Both the position numbers and the translations under genes were made by a program. From Euglena gracilis (Eukaryota): a stretch of 64,000 nucleotides of DNA. This document shows, piece after piece, positions 37,913-50,269 of this stretch. The notes under the pieces were generated by a model. That model was not told the DNA's origin. It did not search any database and saw nothing but the letters and a program-made list of their open reading frames with translations. Positions within the stretch are counted from its first letter, which is position 1, and the number at the start of each line of letters is the position of its first letter. The stretch is taken from NCBI GenBank assembly GCA_039621445.1, contig CP154954.1, positions 39,083,816 through 39,147,815 of the forward strand, in the 5' to 3' direction.

Positions 37913-40328
37913 ATTTCATACTCCCTCGAGGAAAGGCGAAAAGGGAGGAAGGGACACCGAGGGCGAAGCACAAAGACATTGTCAGGCCATGCCTTGCTCG
38001 CCGGCGGTTTGTTGTGTGGTTGTTCGCTGCGCATGGGTGAGGAGGTCCCGCTTAGTGCCGCCTCGCCGGAGTTGGCTGCATTGTCTCCGACGTGGCGACC
38101 ATGGCGCTGTCTTTTTCCCTGGGGGGTTCCCCCCCCCCTTAGCCCCCCCCTGGCCCCCATCCTCTGACCGAGGGCGTTTGAAGGCAAATCTTCTTAAACG
38201 GGTGGGGGGGTCGGGCTCACAATGTCTTTGTGGTTCGCCCTCGGTGTCCCTTCCTCCCTTCTCGGTCTGCCTCGAGGGAGTACGAAACACCTCGGGCTCC
38301 GCACTTTGCCCTTGTGAGGCCAGATTGTGCACCGAAAAAAGGGGGGCCAGGGCATTCTCCAAAGAACCTTGGGCACCAAGTCTTTGATAATGGGCTGTGA
38401 AAGCCTCCACCCCCTTCCATTGACCAATTTCACAAACTTCTTGGGCAGAAAGACCCAAGTTTTTTCAGCAGACCCACCCCTGCCCCTCTGGTGGAGTGGG
38501 GCCCCCAAACCTGGGGGGTACCCCCTGTTTGGTCAAAAAGTCTTTGGTGATAGAAGCAATGGTATCTGCCTTAATGGCTTTGTAGGGGGGTTTTAACGAA
38601 ATCAACAGGGGGCCCCCAGGTTTCATAAAGAAACGTGTTGCTGTCACATAAGACGTCATTAAATGGAAGGGACTGAACGGGGGGCACTGGGGAATGGAGA
38701 CAACTCTCTCCCACTTATGGAGATTTTGCCCTTTACGTTTAATTTTGATGTAGGGTGCCCCCCCCAACACACTGGTGGTTCTTTGGACCTGTGCCAAATC
38801 TGAACTTCTGTATAAACAGAGGATTCGTGAACAGAAAATGAGTTTTGTACGCAATGTACATATATCAGAGGGCAGGGGGGACTGTGCCAGCCCCAGGAGG
38901 ATTGGGAGGGGATCCCAGAATGCCCCATATTTCTCCGGGTTTTGGTTTCAAAGCCTTTTATAAGGTGCCAACATGGCATGGAACCTCAGGCCTCCAAAGC
39001 CAGGAATCAATAGCATAGCACTGTATGCATTGCGTGCTTGGGCCTTTGAAAATTGAAACAGTTGAATTAAAGCGTCAACCACTTGGTCAGTGGTGGCATC
39101 AGGGGGGATACCCCCATCTTGTCCAAAATTACCCATAAAAGCGTAAAAGCGCTTTGATAACGCTTTAAACTGGGGTTTCTGCCCAGGAAATCGTTAATGG
39201 TCGAATTTTGTACTTGTTTCCCCTCCAGAATTTGCCTGAGCAAATCATGCAAAGCAGGGGCCACCTGGGGGTGGCATTTTTTCCCCCCTGCAATTGGTGA
39301 ACATACCCATGTAGGGGGTGATTTTCAGGCAGGGGGTCCCTGGAACTTTCATTTTTATTAATTGGGGCCACCATGTGGCTGAATCCCAAAAGGGGGTGAC
39401 CATCAAAACTTTGGCCCGTGGAAACATTTTTAATCTGGGGAGAAAATTTTGGAATACAGACCATGGGGGGTTTGCATAAAGATCCCCCATGTTGTCCAGT
39501 GGACATTGCAGTGCATCCACTGCTGTGGCTTCCCAGTGGGGCCACCTGGCCACAAATTGTGGCATTTTCTTGTTGCCTGGTGAGGCAAAAAGGTCTGTTT
39601 TCAGGCTGTTGTAATTTTTGATCTGCTGCCTCAGCCATTGAAAAAGTTGGGGGTCCAGTGAGTAATCCCCCCTGTCCATTTCCCACCTGCTTATGGGGTC
39701 TGCCAGTCAGTATTTTGAGGGGACCCACTTCACTTGCAGGTTTATTTTGTGTTCCATGCACCATTTGAAGAAGGGTCTTAGCATGGAATTGAAGGGGTCC
39801 TTTCTGCCCCCCCTTTTGTCAAGTAATAGTAAATTACTTGATTGTCCACGGATAGGGACACAGTTTCCCCTGGCTGGCTGAGGCTTTGAACTGTGCTTAT
39901 TGCTGCACTTCATTCTTTGACATTTATGTGCAAAATGGAGTTTTCCCTCCAAAATTCTTGCACAATTTCGCCTGTTCGAATGTCCAGCCCCCCCCCCCCC
40001 AGGCATGGGTACTGCTGTGTGAGTGCAACTCCCTGGTTGCATTTTGGGGGAAGGGTCTGCCCGCCCAGGTGTCCAGCAGAATTTTTATTTCTCTTAATTG
40101 GTCCTTTATTCTTTGGGAAATGGGGTGTTTTGAGTCCCAGGGGGCTGTGGAAATTTCCACCAAAAATATTGCCAGGGCATCCGCAGAGGCCCTTAGAAAG
40201 GGCAGGGCAATTAGATTGCATCTGATTTGGCCCAAAATGGCAGCCAGTTGCCTTTTTGACATTTAATCTTTTTTCACCATTTTCCCAGCTCCTTTTTTAC
40301 TGTTTTTATTTTTGGGGGGGCACCTGTA
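37913..40328 (-). mobile_element. 3' 2.4 kb of DIRS family C, duplicate copy
   Basis: Matches 18391-20808 and 40329-42745. Confidence 0.9.
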
Positions 40329-41582
40329 ATTTCATACTCCCTCGAGGAAAGGCGAAAAGGGAGGAAGGGACACCGAGGGCGAAGCACAAAGACATTGTCA
40401 GGCCATGCCTTGCTCGCCGGCGGTTTGTTGTGTGATTGTGCGCTGCGCATGGGTGAGGAGGTCCCGCTTAGTGCCGCCTCGCCGGAGTTGGCTGCATTGT
40501 CTCCGACGTGGCGACCATGGCGCTGTCTTTTTCCCTGGGGGGTTCCCCCCCCCCCTTAGCCCCCCCCTGGCCCCCATCCTCTGACCGAGGGCGTTTGAAG
40601 ACAAATTTTCTTAAACGGGTGGGGGGTTGGGCTCACAATGTCTTTGTGGTTCGCCCTCGGTGTCCCTTCCTCCCTTCTCGGTCTGCCTCGAGGGAGTACG
40701 AGACACCTCGGGCTCCGCACTTTGCCCTTGTGAGGCCAGATTGTGCACCGAAAAAAGGGGGGCCAGGGCATTCTCCAAAGAACCTTGGGCACCAAGTCTT
40801 TGATAATGGGCTGTGAAAGCCTCCACCCCCTTCCATTGACCATTTTCACAAACTTCTTGGGCAGAAAGACCCAATTTTTTTTAGCAGACCCACCCTGCCC
40901 CTCTGGTGGAGTGGGGCCCCCAAACCTGGGGGGTACCCCCTGTTTGGTCAAAAAGTCTTTGGTGATAGAAGCAATGGTATCTGCCTTAATGGCTTTGTAG
41001 GGGGGTTTTAACGAAATCAACAGGGGGCCCCCAGGTTTCATAAAGAAACGTGTTGCTGTCACATAAGACGTCATTAAATGGAAGGGACTGAACGGGGGGC
41101 ACTGGGGAATGGAGACAACTCTCTCCCACTTATGGAGATTTTGCCCTTTACGTTTAATTTTGATGTAGGGTGCCCCCCCCCCCAACACACTGGTGGTTCT
41201 TTGGACCTGTGCCAAATCTGAACTTCTGTATAAACAGAGGATTCGTGAACAGAAAATGAGTTTTGTACGCAATGTACATATATCAGAGGGCAGGGGGGAC
41301 TGTGCCAGCCCCAGGAGGATTGGGAGGGGATCCCAGAATGCCCCATATTTCTCCGGGTTTTGGTTTCAAAGCCTTTTATAAGGTGCCAACATGGCATGGA
41401 ACCTCAGGCCTCCAAAGCCAGGAATCAATAGCATAGCACTGTATGCATTGCGTGCTTGGGCCTTTGAAAATTGAAACAGTTGAATTAAAGCGTCAACCAC
41501 TTGGTCAGTGGTGGCATCAGGGGGGATACCCCCATCTTGTCCAAAATTACCCATAAAAGCGTAAAAGCGCTTTGATAACGCT

Positions 41583-43889
41583 TTAAACTGGGGTTTCTGC
41601 CCAGGAAATCGTTAATGGTCGAATTTTGTACTTGTTTCCCCTCCAGAATTTGCCTGAGCAAATCATGCAAAGCAGGGGCCACCTGGGGGTGGCATTTTTT
41701 CCCCCCTGCAATTGGTGAACATACCCATGTAGGGGGTGATTTTCAGGCAGGGGGTCCCTGGAACTTTCATTTTTATTAATTGGGGCCACCATGTGGCTGA
41801 ATCCCAAAAGGGGGTGACCATCAAAACTTTGGCCCGTGGAAACATTTTTAATCTGGGGAGAAAATTTTGGAATACAGACCATGGGGGGTTTGCATAAAGA
41901 TCTCCCATGTTGTCCAGTGGACATTGCAGTGCATCCACTGCTGTGGCTTCCCAGTGGGGCCACCTGGCCACAAATTGTGTCATTTTCTTGTTGCCTGGTG
42001 AGGCAAAAAGGTCTGTTTTCAGGCTGATGAAATTTTTGAACTGCTGCCTCAGCCATTGAAAAAGTTGGGGGTCCAGTGAGTAATCCCCCCTGTCCATTTC
42101 CCACCTGCTTATGGGGTCTGCCAGGCAGTATTTTGAGGGGACCTACTTCACTTGCAGGTGTATTTTGTGTTCCATGCACCATTTGAAGAAGGGTCTTAGC
42201 ATGGAATTGAAAGGGTCCTTTCTGCCCCCCTTTTGTCAAGTAATAGTAAATTACTTGATTGCCCACGGATAGGGACACAGTTTCCCCTGGCTGGCTGAGG
42301 CTTTGAACTGTGCTTATTGCTGCACTTCATTCTTTGACATTTATGTACAAAATGGAGTTTTCCCTCCAAAATTCTTGCACAATTTCGCCTGTTCGAATGT
42401 CCAGCCCCCCCCCCCCAGGCATGGGGACTGCTGTGTGAGTGCAACTCCCTGGTTGCATTTTGGGGGAAGGGTCTGCCCGCCCAGGTGTCCAGCAGAATTT
42501 TTATTTCTCTTAATTGGTCCTTTATTCTTTGGGAAATGGGGTGTTTTGAGTCCCAGGGGGCTGTGGAATTTTCCACCCAAAAAATTGCCAGGGCATCCGT
42601 AGAGGCCCTTAGAAAGGGCAGGGCAATTAGATTGCATCTGATTTGGCCCAAAATGGCAGCCAGTTGCCTTTTTGACATTTAATCTTTTTTCACCATTTTC
42701 CCAGCTCCTTTTTTACTGTTTTTATTTTTGGGGGGGCACCTGTAATTTTCCATCTTGGAAGTTTAGTTGAAATCCAAGATGATTGACGATTTGGGTGGGC
42801 TGCAGGGTGGACTTTTTTTACATTGATTTTCAACCCTGATTTGATTAAATCCCTGACCACTGTGTTCAGGTGATTCTGTAAGATGTTTTGTGTAGGGGCC
42901 ACCACTAAAACGTAGTCCACGTAAATAAATACCTGGATGCCCCTTTTCATCCACAGTTTTTCGAATGTCTTCATTACTGACATAAAAATTTGGGGCATTA
43001 CATTCAGGCCAAAACAGCCTGCCTGGAATTCCCAGGTCTGCCCCCCACCACCTAATGCCTTAGAAAGGGCCTCAGGGCCTGGCTCACTGGGATCTGGAAG
43101 TAAGCATCCTTCAGGTCTATTTTTTGCTGCCCAGTGGCCTTTTTCTAAAACTGGAAAAATGTGCTGGATGTGATCCAGCTTGAAAGGTTTCACTTGGAAC
43201 TTTTGAGTTATTTCCCTGCAATCGTTTATTAATCTCCATTTTGTCTGCCCCCCCTCTGGTTTGGAAATCAGAAACCAGGGGATCAGGTGTTGGGTGGTTG
43301 AATCCCTCACCCTCTTTATGGATCCAGATTTTTCGTAATCCAGCAGTATTTTTTCTGCTTGGGGTAAGTTCAAATTTGCTCTGGTTTTTGGGTGGGTGGA
43401 CAATTTTGGTGGGCTGACCCAGGGGGGTTGAATGCCATCCCTGATTAGTTGACATGTTGTTGGGGGGGATTTTTTGCCCTCCATTTCAAGTTTTTTTGCA
43501 GCCTTTGATGGAGGGGGGTGTCTCCCCATTTTTAGTCCTGGATAATATGGTTTTGGGGGGGGCTGGGTTGCAGATGTTGGACATTTTAGGCTTTTTTTCA
43601 ACCTTTGATGGAGGGGGTGCCTCCCCATAGTCCCTCCATTTAATTTTTTTTCTGGGTAAGATGATTCTGGGGGGGCTGGGTTGGGGGTGTTGGACATTGC
43701 ACCCCTAGGTCCCCTAGGGCTTGGGCCCTTGTAAAAAGAAATTTTTTCTCGGGGGATGTGCATGCACTCTCTCCCTCTCTTCTCACCTCTCTGGATGATC
43801 TTGCTGTTGGAAGACATACCATAAGGCTTAATGCCCCTGTTCGGCCTATCTGGTCTTCTCCATGTGGATGTGGTTGGTTGACATACCAT
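41583..43889 (-). pseudogene. pol: RT-RNaseH-MT pseudogene of DIRS C
   Basis: RT active site reads YVDYV instead of YLDDI, with frameshifts and in-frame stops. DLFAS/NPPW retained. Confidence 0.88.
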
Positions 43890-43893
43890 AGGT

Positions 43894-44217
43894 GGCCTCT
43901 GTGGGTCCCTCCCTTGATTGATTGTTCGGGAATTGAGAAATAAATGTTGGAGGGGTTTCTGCCCCTCCCTCCAAAAGGGCCACTGTGGGTCCCTTTGCCC
44001 CTGGGGGCTGGTTCCTTGACAGGGCCACTGTGGGTCCCTTTTCCTCCTGGGGCTGGGTCATTGAAAGGGCCACTGTGGGTCCCTTTTTCCCCCATTGTTG
44101 GCAGAGGGCCACTGTGGGTCCCTCGGGGGATTTCTCCAGCAGCATTCTTAGATTCTTGGTGGCCACTGTGGGTCCACCCTGCTGGTTCCTTAGCTTCTTG
44201 GTGGCCACTGTGGGTCC
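43894..44217. repeat. Spaced 15-bp direct repeats GGCCACTGTGGGTCC in the 5' coding region of DIRS C
   Basis: Exact copies start at 43978, 44023, 44068, 44107, 44161 and 44203; one-mismatch copy at 43894. Confidence 0.9.
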
Positions 44218-45120
44218 ACCCTGCTGGTCTCCAAGGTTTCCATGTATAAGTTTATTTCCATAATCCATCTTGTGGTCTTCCAGGCCTCAATTTCTTCTTG
44301 GCGTCCAACCCCATTGGAAATCCGCGGGGGCTGCTGTGGCCCCCCCTTGTCCCCTTGAGAGGGGCAGTTGTGATAGATGGTTTGGGCGGGTTAAACAGAC
44401 CTTTTCTGCCACCTCCTGAGGGTATTTGTTTTGAAAATTGCCCCCATAGCCACTGTGGTGTTGACCTCCTTGGCCTTGATTCCATCTCGCCATCTTCTGG
44501 CTAATTTGTTTTTTGGGGGAGAAGCCCCTGATGGGTGGGCTTTGATTGTCCAATTGTGAAGCATTTCTGGCCCCCATGGACCAGTCTTTGCCCACCAACG
44601 GCTGGGGCTGGCTTCTGTCTTCTGGGCCTTCTGGCCACAGTGGTCCAAGGACCGTGGCCGTCACTGGGGGGGGGTTTGGGCTGTGAAATTTCTGGGGTGG
44701 GGGGCTGGGTGGGAAGAACGGCCACGGTTTTCCACGTGATGACCGCATCTCCAAGGTCTCCAGCTGCTGCGGCCACTCCTCCAGGACGCCGGTTGCCATA
44801 TAATTGCAATTTCTTCTCCACTGTATTGCTCATCGAAGTCGATATTCAAAATTTGACAATTGAATTGTCAATTGATTTTCGTCTGGAGCGTGTTCTTCTG
44901 GATATTGAATTGATATTGACTTCTTGTCTCCGTTCTTCCTCGTTCGTGAACTCTGTTCCTTTCTTCTGGGTGTCGAAGGGCAAGTTAGGAATCAGCCAAC
45001 TCCGGCGAAAAAATGCTCTGAGGGGGACCTCCTAACCCAGCTCAGCGAACAATCACACAACTAACCGCCGGCGAGCAAGGCATGGCCTCACAATGGCAAC
45101 GTGCGGAGCCCGAGGTGTCC

Positions 45121-46345
45121 TAAAAAGGTCTCCGGTTCACCTCGCGGGCAAAACCGACAAGGGAGGAAGGGACACTGAGGGCGAAGGGCCTCACAAGGTC
45201 TTTGTGCTTCGCCCTCGGTGTCCCTTCATCCGTTGTCGGTTTTCCCTCAGGGTGCACGAAACCTTGTGAGGCCACGCCTTGCTCGCGGGCGGTGCTGACT
45301 GGATTGTTCTGGTTCGCTGGGTCAGGAGGTCCCGCTTAGTGCCGCCTCGCCGGAGTTGGCTGACGATGCTGCTCCGACTGGGCGCCGCAGCTTCTTGCCC
45401 TTGGGGGATGTCCCCCCTCTCCCCCCCTGGCCCCCGCTCTCTGACCGAGGGCTTTTGAGCACAAATTTTCTTCTACGGGTGGGGGGGCCAAGCTCACAAG
45501 GTCTTTGCGCTTCGCCCTCGGTGTTCCTTCCTCCCTTGTCGTTTTGTCTGGAGGGAGTACGAGACACCTCGGGCTCGGCACTTTGCCCTCGTGAGTCCAG
45601 ATTTTGTACTGAAATTAGGGGGGCCAGGGCATTGTGCAGGGTACCTTGGGCACCAAGCCGTTGATAGTGGGCTGTAAAAGTTTCCACCCCCCCCTCCACT
45701 GCCCAATTTCACAAACTTCTTGGGCAGAAAGGCCCAATTTTTTGAGTAAACCAACCCCAGCCCCTCTGGCGGGGTGGGCCCCCCATACCTTGGGGGGTAC
45801 ACCTTGTTTTGCCAAAAAGTTTTTTTTTTGCTAAAAGCAATGATGTCTGCACTTACGGCCCTGAAGGAGGTTTTAATGAAATTAGGAGGGAGCCCCAAGT
45901 CTGACAAATAAACGTGTAGCAGCCTCATAGCACATCAGCAAATGAAATGGGCTTATTTGGGGACACTGGGGAATGGACGCAACCCTTTCCCATTTATGGA
46001 ATTTCTGTTCTTTACGCTTAATCTTGATTTATGGTGCCCTACCCGACACACTGGTGGTTCGTTTGACTTGCGATGAGTCCGAGGATCGGAATAAACAGAG
46101 GATTCTTGAGCAAAAAATAAGCTGTGTAGCAAGAGTACAACTATCAGTGGGCATAGGCGCCTTTGCCAGCCCCAGGAGGATTGGGAGGGGGTCCTAAAAT
46201 GCACCATACGTCTCAAGGTTTTGGCTCCAAAGCCTCTTTTCAGGGGTCAATAGGGTGTGGAATTTCAGCCCACCAAACCCAGGAATCAAAAGCATAGCAC
46301 TGTAGGCATTACGGGCTTGGGCCTTGGATAATTGAGAATTGAATT
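45121..46345 (-). mobile_element. DIRS family B 3' remnant without the family A insertion (empty site GTCT 45899-45902)
   Basis: Colinear with 12064-12880 joined to 17438-17880. Confidence 0.9.
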
Positions 46346-47023
46346 GACACCTCGGGCTCCGCACTTTGCCATTGTGAGGCCATGCATTGCTCGCCGGCGG
46401 TTTGTTGTGTGATTGTTCGCTGCGCTGGGTTAGGAGGTCCCCCTCAGAGCCTTCTTTCGCCGGAGTTGGCTGATTCCTAACTTGCCCTTCGACACCCAGA
46501 AGAAAGGAACAGAGTTCACGAACGAAGAAGAACGGAGACAAGAAGTCAATATCAATTCAATATCCAGAAGAACACGAACCAGACGAATATCAATTGACAA
46601 TTCAATTGTCAAATTTCAATATCGACTTCGATGAGCAATGCAGTGGAGAATAAATTTGAATTATGTGGCCACGGGCGTCCTGGAGGACTTGCCGCAGCAG
46701 CTGGAGACCTTGGAGATGCGGTCATCACGTTGCAAACCGTGGCCGTTCTTCCTACCCAGCCCCCCACCCCAGAAATTTCACAGCCCAAACCCCCCCCCAG
46801 TGACGGCCATGTGGCCTGGTGGGGCCAGATTTATCATCAACAACATCAACAATTACAAGGCCACTGGCTCTATCAATTACAAGAAGGAGGAAAACCCCAG
46901 AAGCTAAAAGGCTGTCCCCCAGCAGGGGGTTTCAATGTACGGTTACAGCCCCAGGAGGATGCCCCCAAAGTGTCAGTGGAGGACAAGGGGGAAACTCTGT
47001 ACCAGGCTCGATCCCAGCTATGA
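46346..47023 (+). mobile_element. DIRS family D 5' fragment (longer copy)
   Basis: 5' terminus GACACCTCGGG. Overlapping ORFs 46631-47023 and 46638-46907 are homologous to the 5' ORFs of A. The right end is approximate. Confidence 0.8.
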
Positions 47024-47391
47024 CGGAAACCTGCAGAGTGTGGATCCGTTATAATGTGGCATCTGTGATTAGCACAGCCTGAAGATCGTGGTAGATCCTA
47101 TGGTAATTAGCGATACGTATCACACGTGCTCGCGTGATTTGTTTTCCTCACAGGTGGTATTCTATTTTTCATATTCTGGTTCTTTCCATGCAAGAGGAAA
47201 ATCCTCAGAACAAACTGAACACGACTGTGAATGAAAGTATTTACACAGCGACTTGTCTTGTGCTCTTCCTTACTATAGGGGAATTGGGGAAAAGGGTTTT
47301 GCTACTCCAAAGATTTTTCCTCACCTAAGTAGGTGCGCACCAGAAAAAGGCAAAAACGCCTTTCCGGGGCAAATGGGGTCAAAGGTAAGTC

Positions 47392-47565
47392 TTATATTAT
47401 ATTATATTATATTATATTATATTATACTATAATATACTATATTATACTATACTATGATATGCTATATTATATTATAATATACTTTAATATATTATATTAT
47501 ATTATTCTATATTATATTATATTATATTCTATTATATTATTATATATTATATTATATTATATTAT
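47392..47565. repeat. (TATTA)n microsatellite
   Basis: Imperfect pentamer run. Confidence 0.95.
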
Positions 47566-47589
47566 CTCTTTATATTGTCTTCTATTATA

Positions 47590-47940
47590 TTTCTCTTGTC
47601 TTCTCTTCTCTTCTCTTCTCTTATTCTCTTCTCTTCTCTTCTCTTCTCTTCTCTTCTCTTCTCTTCTTTCTCTTCTGTTCTCTTCTCTTCTCTTCTCTTG
47701 TCTTCTCTTCTCTTCTCTCTTCTCTTCTCTCTTCTCTTCTCTTCTCTTCTCTTCTCTCCTCTTCTCCTCTCCTCTCTTCTCTTCTCTTCTCTTCTCTTCT
47801 CTTCTCTTCTCTTCTCTTCTCTTCTCTTCTCTTCTCTTCTCTTCTCTTCACTTCTCTTCTCTTCTCTTCTCTTCTCTTCTCTCTCTTTCTCTTCTCTTCT
47901 TCTTCTCTCTTCTCTCTCTCTTTCTCTTCTCTCTTGTCTC
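47590..47940. repeat. (TCTTC)n microsatellite
   Basis: Imperfect pentamer run. Confidence 0.97.
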
Positions 47941-49143
47941 TCTGCTCGGAGCAAACTCCAGGCGCAGGCTGCCGTAATGTTCACGAACAACCTCCAGGGT
48001 ATACTTGGACAGCATGTATGGCACGCTGTTCAAGGTCCTGGATGTGGACCTCGCGTACCCCTACCGGTACAAACTGGAATGCCCGTTCTGCAAAGAAGTT
48101 CACATTGTTGACTTCTGGGGTTTCGGGGAGCGCGGAAAAACGCCTCCGACTGCCGAGAATGCCGGTAGCCAGCTGACCAGGAGATTCCTCCTGCATCAGT
48201 GCCGAAATCCCCAGATAGGGACACAAGACCGAAAGGTGCTGAAACAGCACCGGCAGAAAATATTTCTGCAGCAACAATACTGGCACCGGGCGTGGATTAC
48301 CTACGTCCAGGAGGTCTACATTTATTTCCTGGAGCACATGACCGGTGATGTGGATATCCACAGAAAGTGGTTACCTTGGGTCTACACCGAGGTGGAAGCG
48401 AGACCCCATGATTCGGATCAACGCATGATGAACCTGGGTCCAGACTGAGAAGAGGCCGAAATCGGCCTCCAGGAACATCTGGACACCAAGTCCGGGAATA
48501 TCCTGGTCTGGGATTATTTCCAGGTGTTTTTCGCGGCGCACGAAGGGGAAGTCCCTCGTTATGCGTTGCCGCTGCTCGCCTTCCTGGAAGACACACGAGA
48601 ATATGGCGCGAGCGAGAAATGTCGACAGCAGTAGGAAGACCTCTGCATGATCGAGGACAAAGAGCCCTACCCTCTGACCAGAAGCTGGGTACGAGCGACG
48701 TGGCCAATGCCATACCCGAACTCTGACAGGAGTGAAAGTATAAGCCTTTACGGCCTGTCAGACGCACAAGGGTGCTACAGAGCCGGGAAGGCCCGCGTTC
48801 TGCAGCACAGCTGCGTACCGAGGAATCCCCTCCGGAAGCGGAGGAGGAAGAAGAACAGGAGGAAGAAGCAGTTCCCATGGCCGAGGCTGAACCTCAGCCA
48901 GTAGAACCTCCGGCACGGTAAACCCGTAGCCCATCGGTAGTGATGCTGGATACTGTGGCGGAAATGGCCCAGGAACCGGCAGCACCGGCAGGTGAGTTTT
49001 CACCTGTACCGCTCTCGCCGACCTCGCTGAGTACAACAGGCGTACCGACCCCTCCGCGGGAAAACCCGACAGAGACGGTACCCCACACGCCTGAGGTATT
49101 ACGCCTCAACCTCCCTGTTTCCGGTTGCCTGTTGCCAGAAGTC

Positions 49144-50105
49144 AGGGTTGACTGCCCAAAGTTTGGCGGTTATATTTTTGGAGAAATGCATTTGCATAAA
49201 TGCTTTACCGAATGAAATTTTGAGTGATCAACACCATTTGATTTCTTCAACGTTTTTCACCACCTTATGCGGTTTACTCGGAATCGAGCAACATTTTTCC
49301 ATTATATACCGACCCAAAGGCGATGGTAGAGCCGAGGCAGCCGTGAAATCCGTCGTGAATGTGCTTCGCCTTTCACTGGCTGACTCGCGCAGCAACTGGA
49401 TATCAGTGCTACCATGGTCTTTGTTTTATATCAGTACCTTACCAGGGCTGGTTTTACCTCACTCCCCCTATAAACTAGTTTTCGGACGGGACCCTCCGGC
49501 TATAGGGGATGTCCCTTCGGAGAGACCCGACCGAAAGAGTGTCATTTGCGAGACCTGGTTTGCGGAAGTAGAAAATGTACGTTCTGCAGTCCAGAAGCGA
49601 ATAACTGATATTCATGCAAATAAACGGAAATCGTTTTTGCAGCATTTCAAGTCACCTGTGTATAGTCCCGGTGACCGCGTGTGGGTACGGAGTAGCCGTA
49701 CTCGCATGCGGGCCTTCCAAGCTGGACCCCCCTTGGCTCGGACCCTGTGAAATTTTAGAAAGACTAGGTACCAGCTGGCGATATAAGGTTGCATTACCGA
49801 ATGGTGTTGAGGACGTTCATATGGACGACTGCAAACCATACCTGTCACCACCGGATGGGATACCCATCCCGTGCTTGCATTTCAAGCCCCGTCCCAGATT
49901 ACCTGAGACGGCCGATTTTGTAGTCGATAAAATCATCGATCACAAACTCGATAAAGGTATGCACCTTTGGAAAGTCCGCTGGAAAGGGTATGGGCCCGAG
50001 GAGGACACTTGGGAGCCAGCAACCAGTTTTGTTGGGTATGTCCAGCAAGAGTGGAAGCTGTGGAACAAGAAGCATAAAACTTATGTTTCTGTAACAAGTT
50101 TTTGA
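49144..50105 (+). pseudogene. Integrase (5'-truncated) + GPY/F module + chromodomain, one frameshift near 49710
   Basis: SD-(35 aa)-E spacing in ILSDQ...YRPKGDGRAE; SPYKLVFGR; KLDPPWLGPCEIL; VDKIIDHK...WKVRWKGYGPEEDTWEP. Confidence 0.93.
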
Positions 50106-50269
50106 GAACTCATGGGAAACCCATATTGTTTTATTTTCTTTTATCATTAATTCTTCTCATTCTTTCTTTCCGCAGAATTTTTTTTACCAGTGAATTGTCA
50201 AGCAGGGTAAGTTACCCGTACCACCCCACAGCCAACAACTAAGCTAAATAACCGACCCCGGGCGGTAAC

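Larger units (their letters stand above)
21910..41425. repeat. Second copy of ~19.4-19.5 kb tandem duplication (first copy ~2520-21905)
   Basis: Offset 19390 at the satellite start (2521 vs 21911) and about 19518-19524 through the TE block (e.g. ORFs 11399 vs 30917). Confidence 0.93.
40329..45119 (-). mobile_element. Full-length but decayed DIRS1-type element, family C (4.8 kb)
   Basis: 3' ITR ~40395-40495, ICR ~40633-40738, 5' ITR/terminus ~44993-45119 ending CCCGAGGTGTC. YR, MT, RH and RT remnants. Confidence 0.93.

Noticed and set aside
43894..44217. GGCCACTGTGGGTCC array as CRISPR
   Set aside because: The repeat is only 15 bp, spacers are irregular and related to each other, spacing is always a multiple of 3, and it lies inside a retrotransposon ORF.
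47130..47392. Possible host exon (acceptor-like TTTTCCTCACAG near 47152, donor GTAAGT near 47385)
   Set aside because: No recognisable coding content or partner exons, so it cannot be supported without transcripts.
47333..48111. Hydrophobic (LFSS/IILY) and charged (EKRRE) ORFs
   Set aside because: These are translations of microsatellites.
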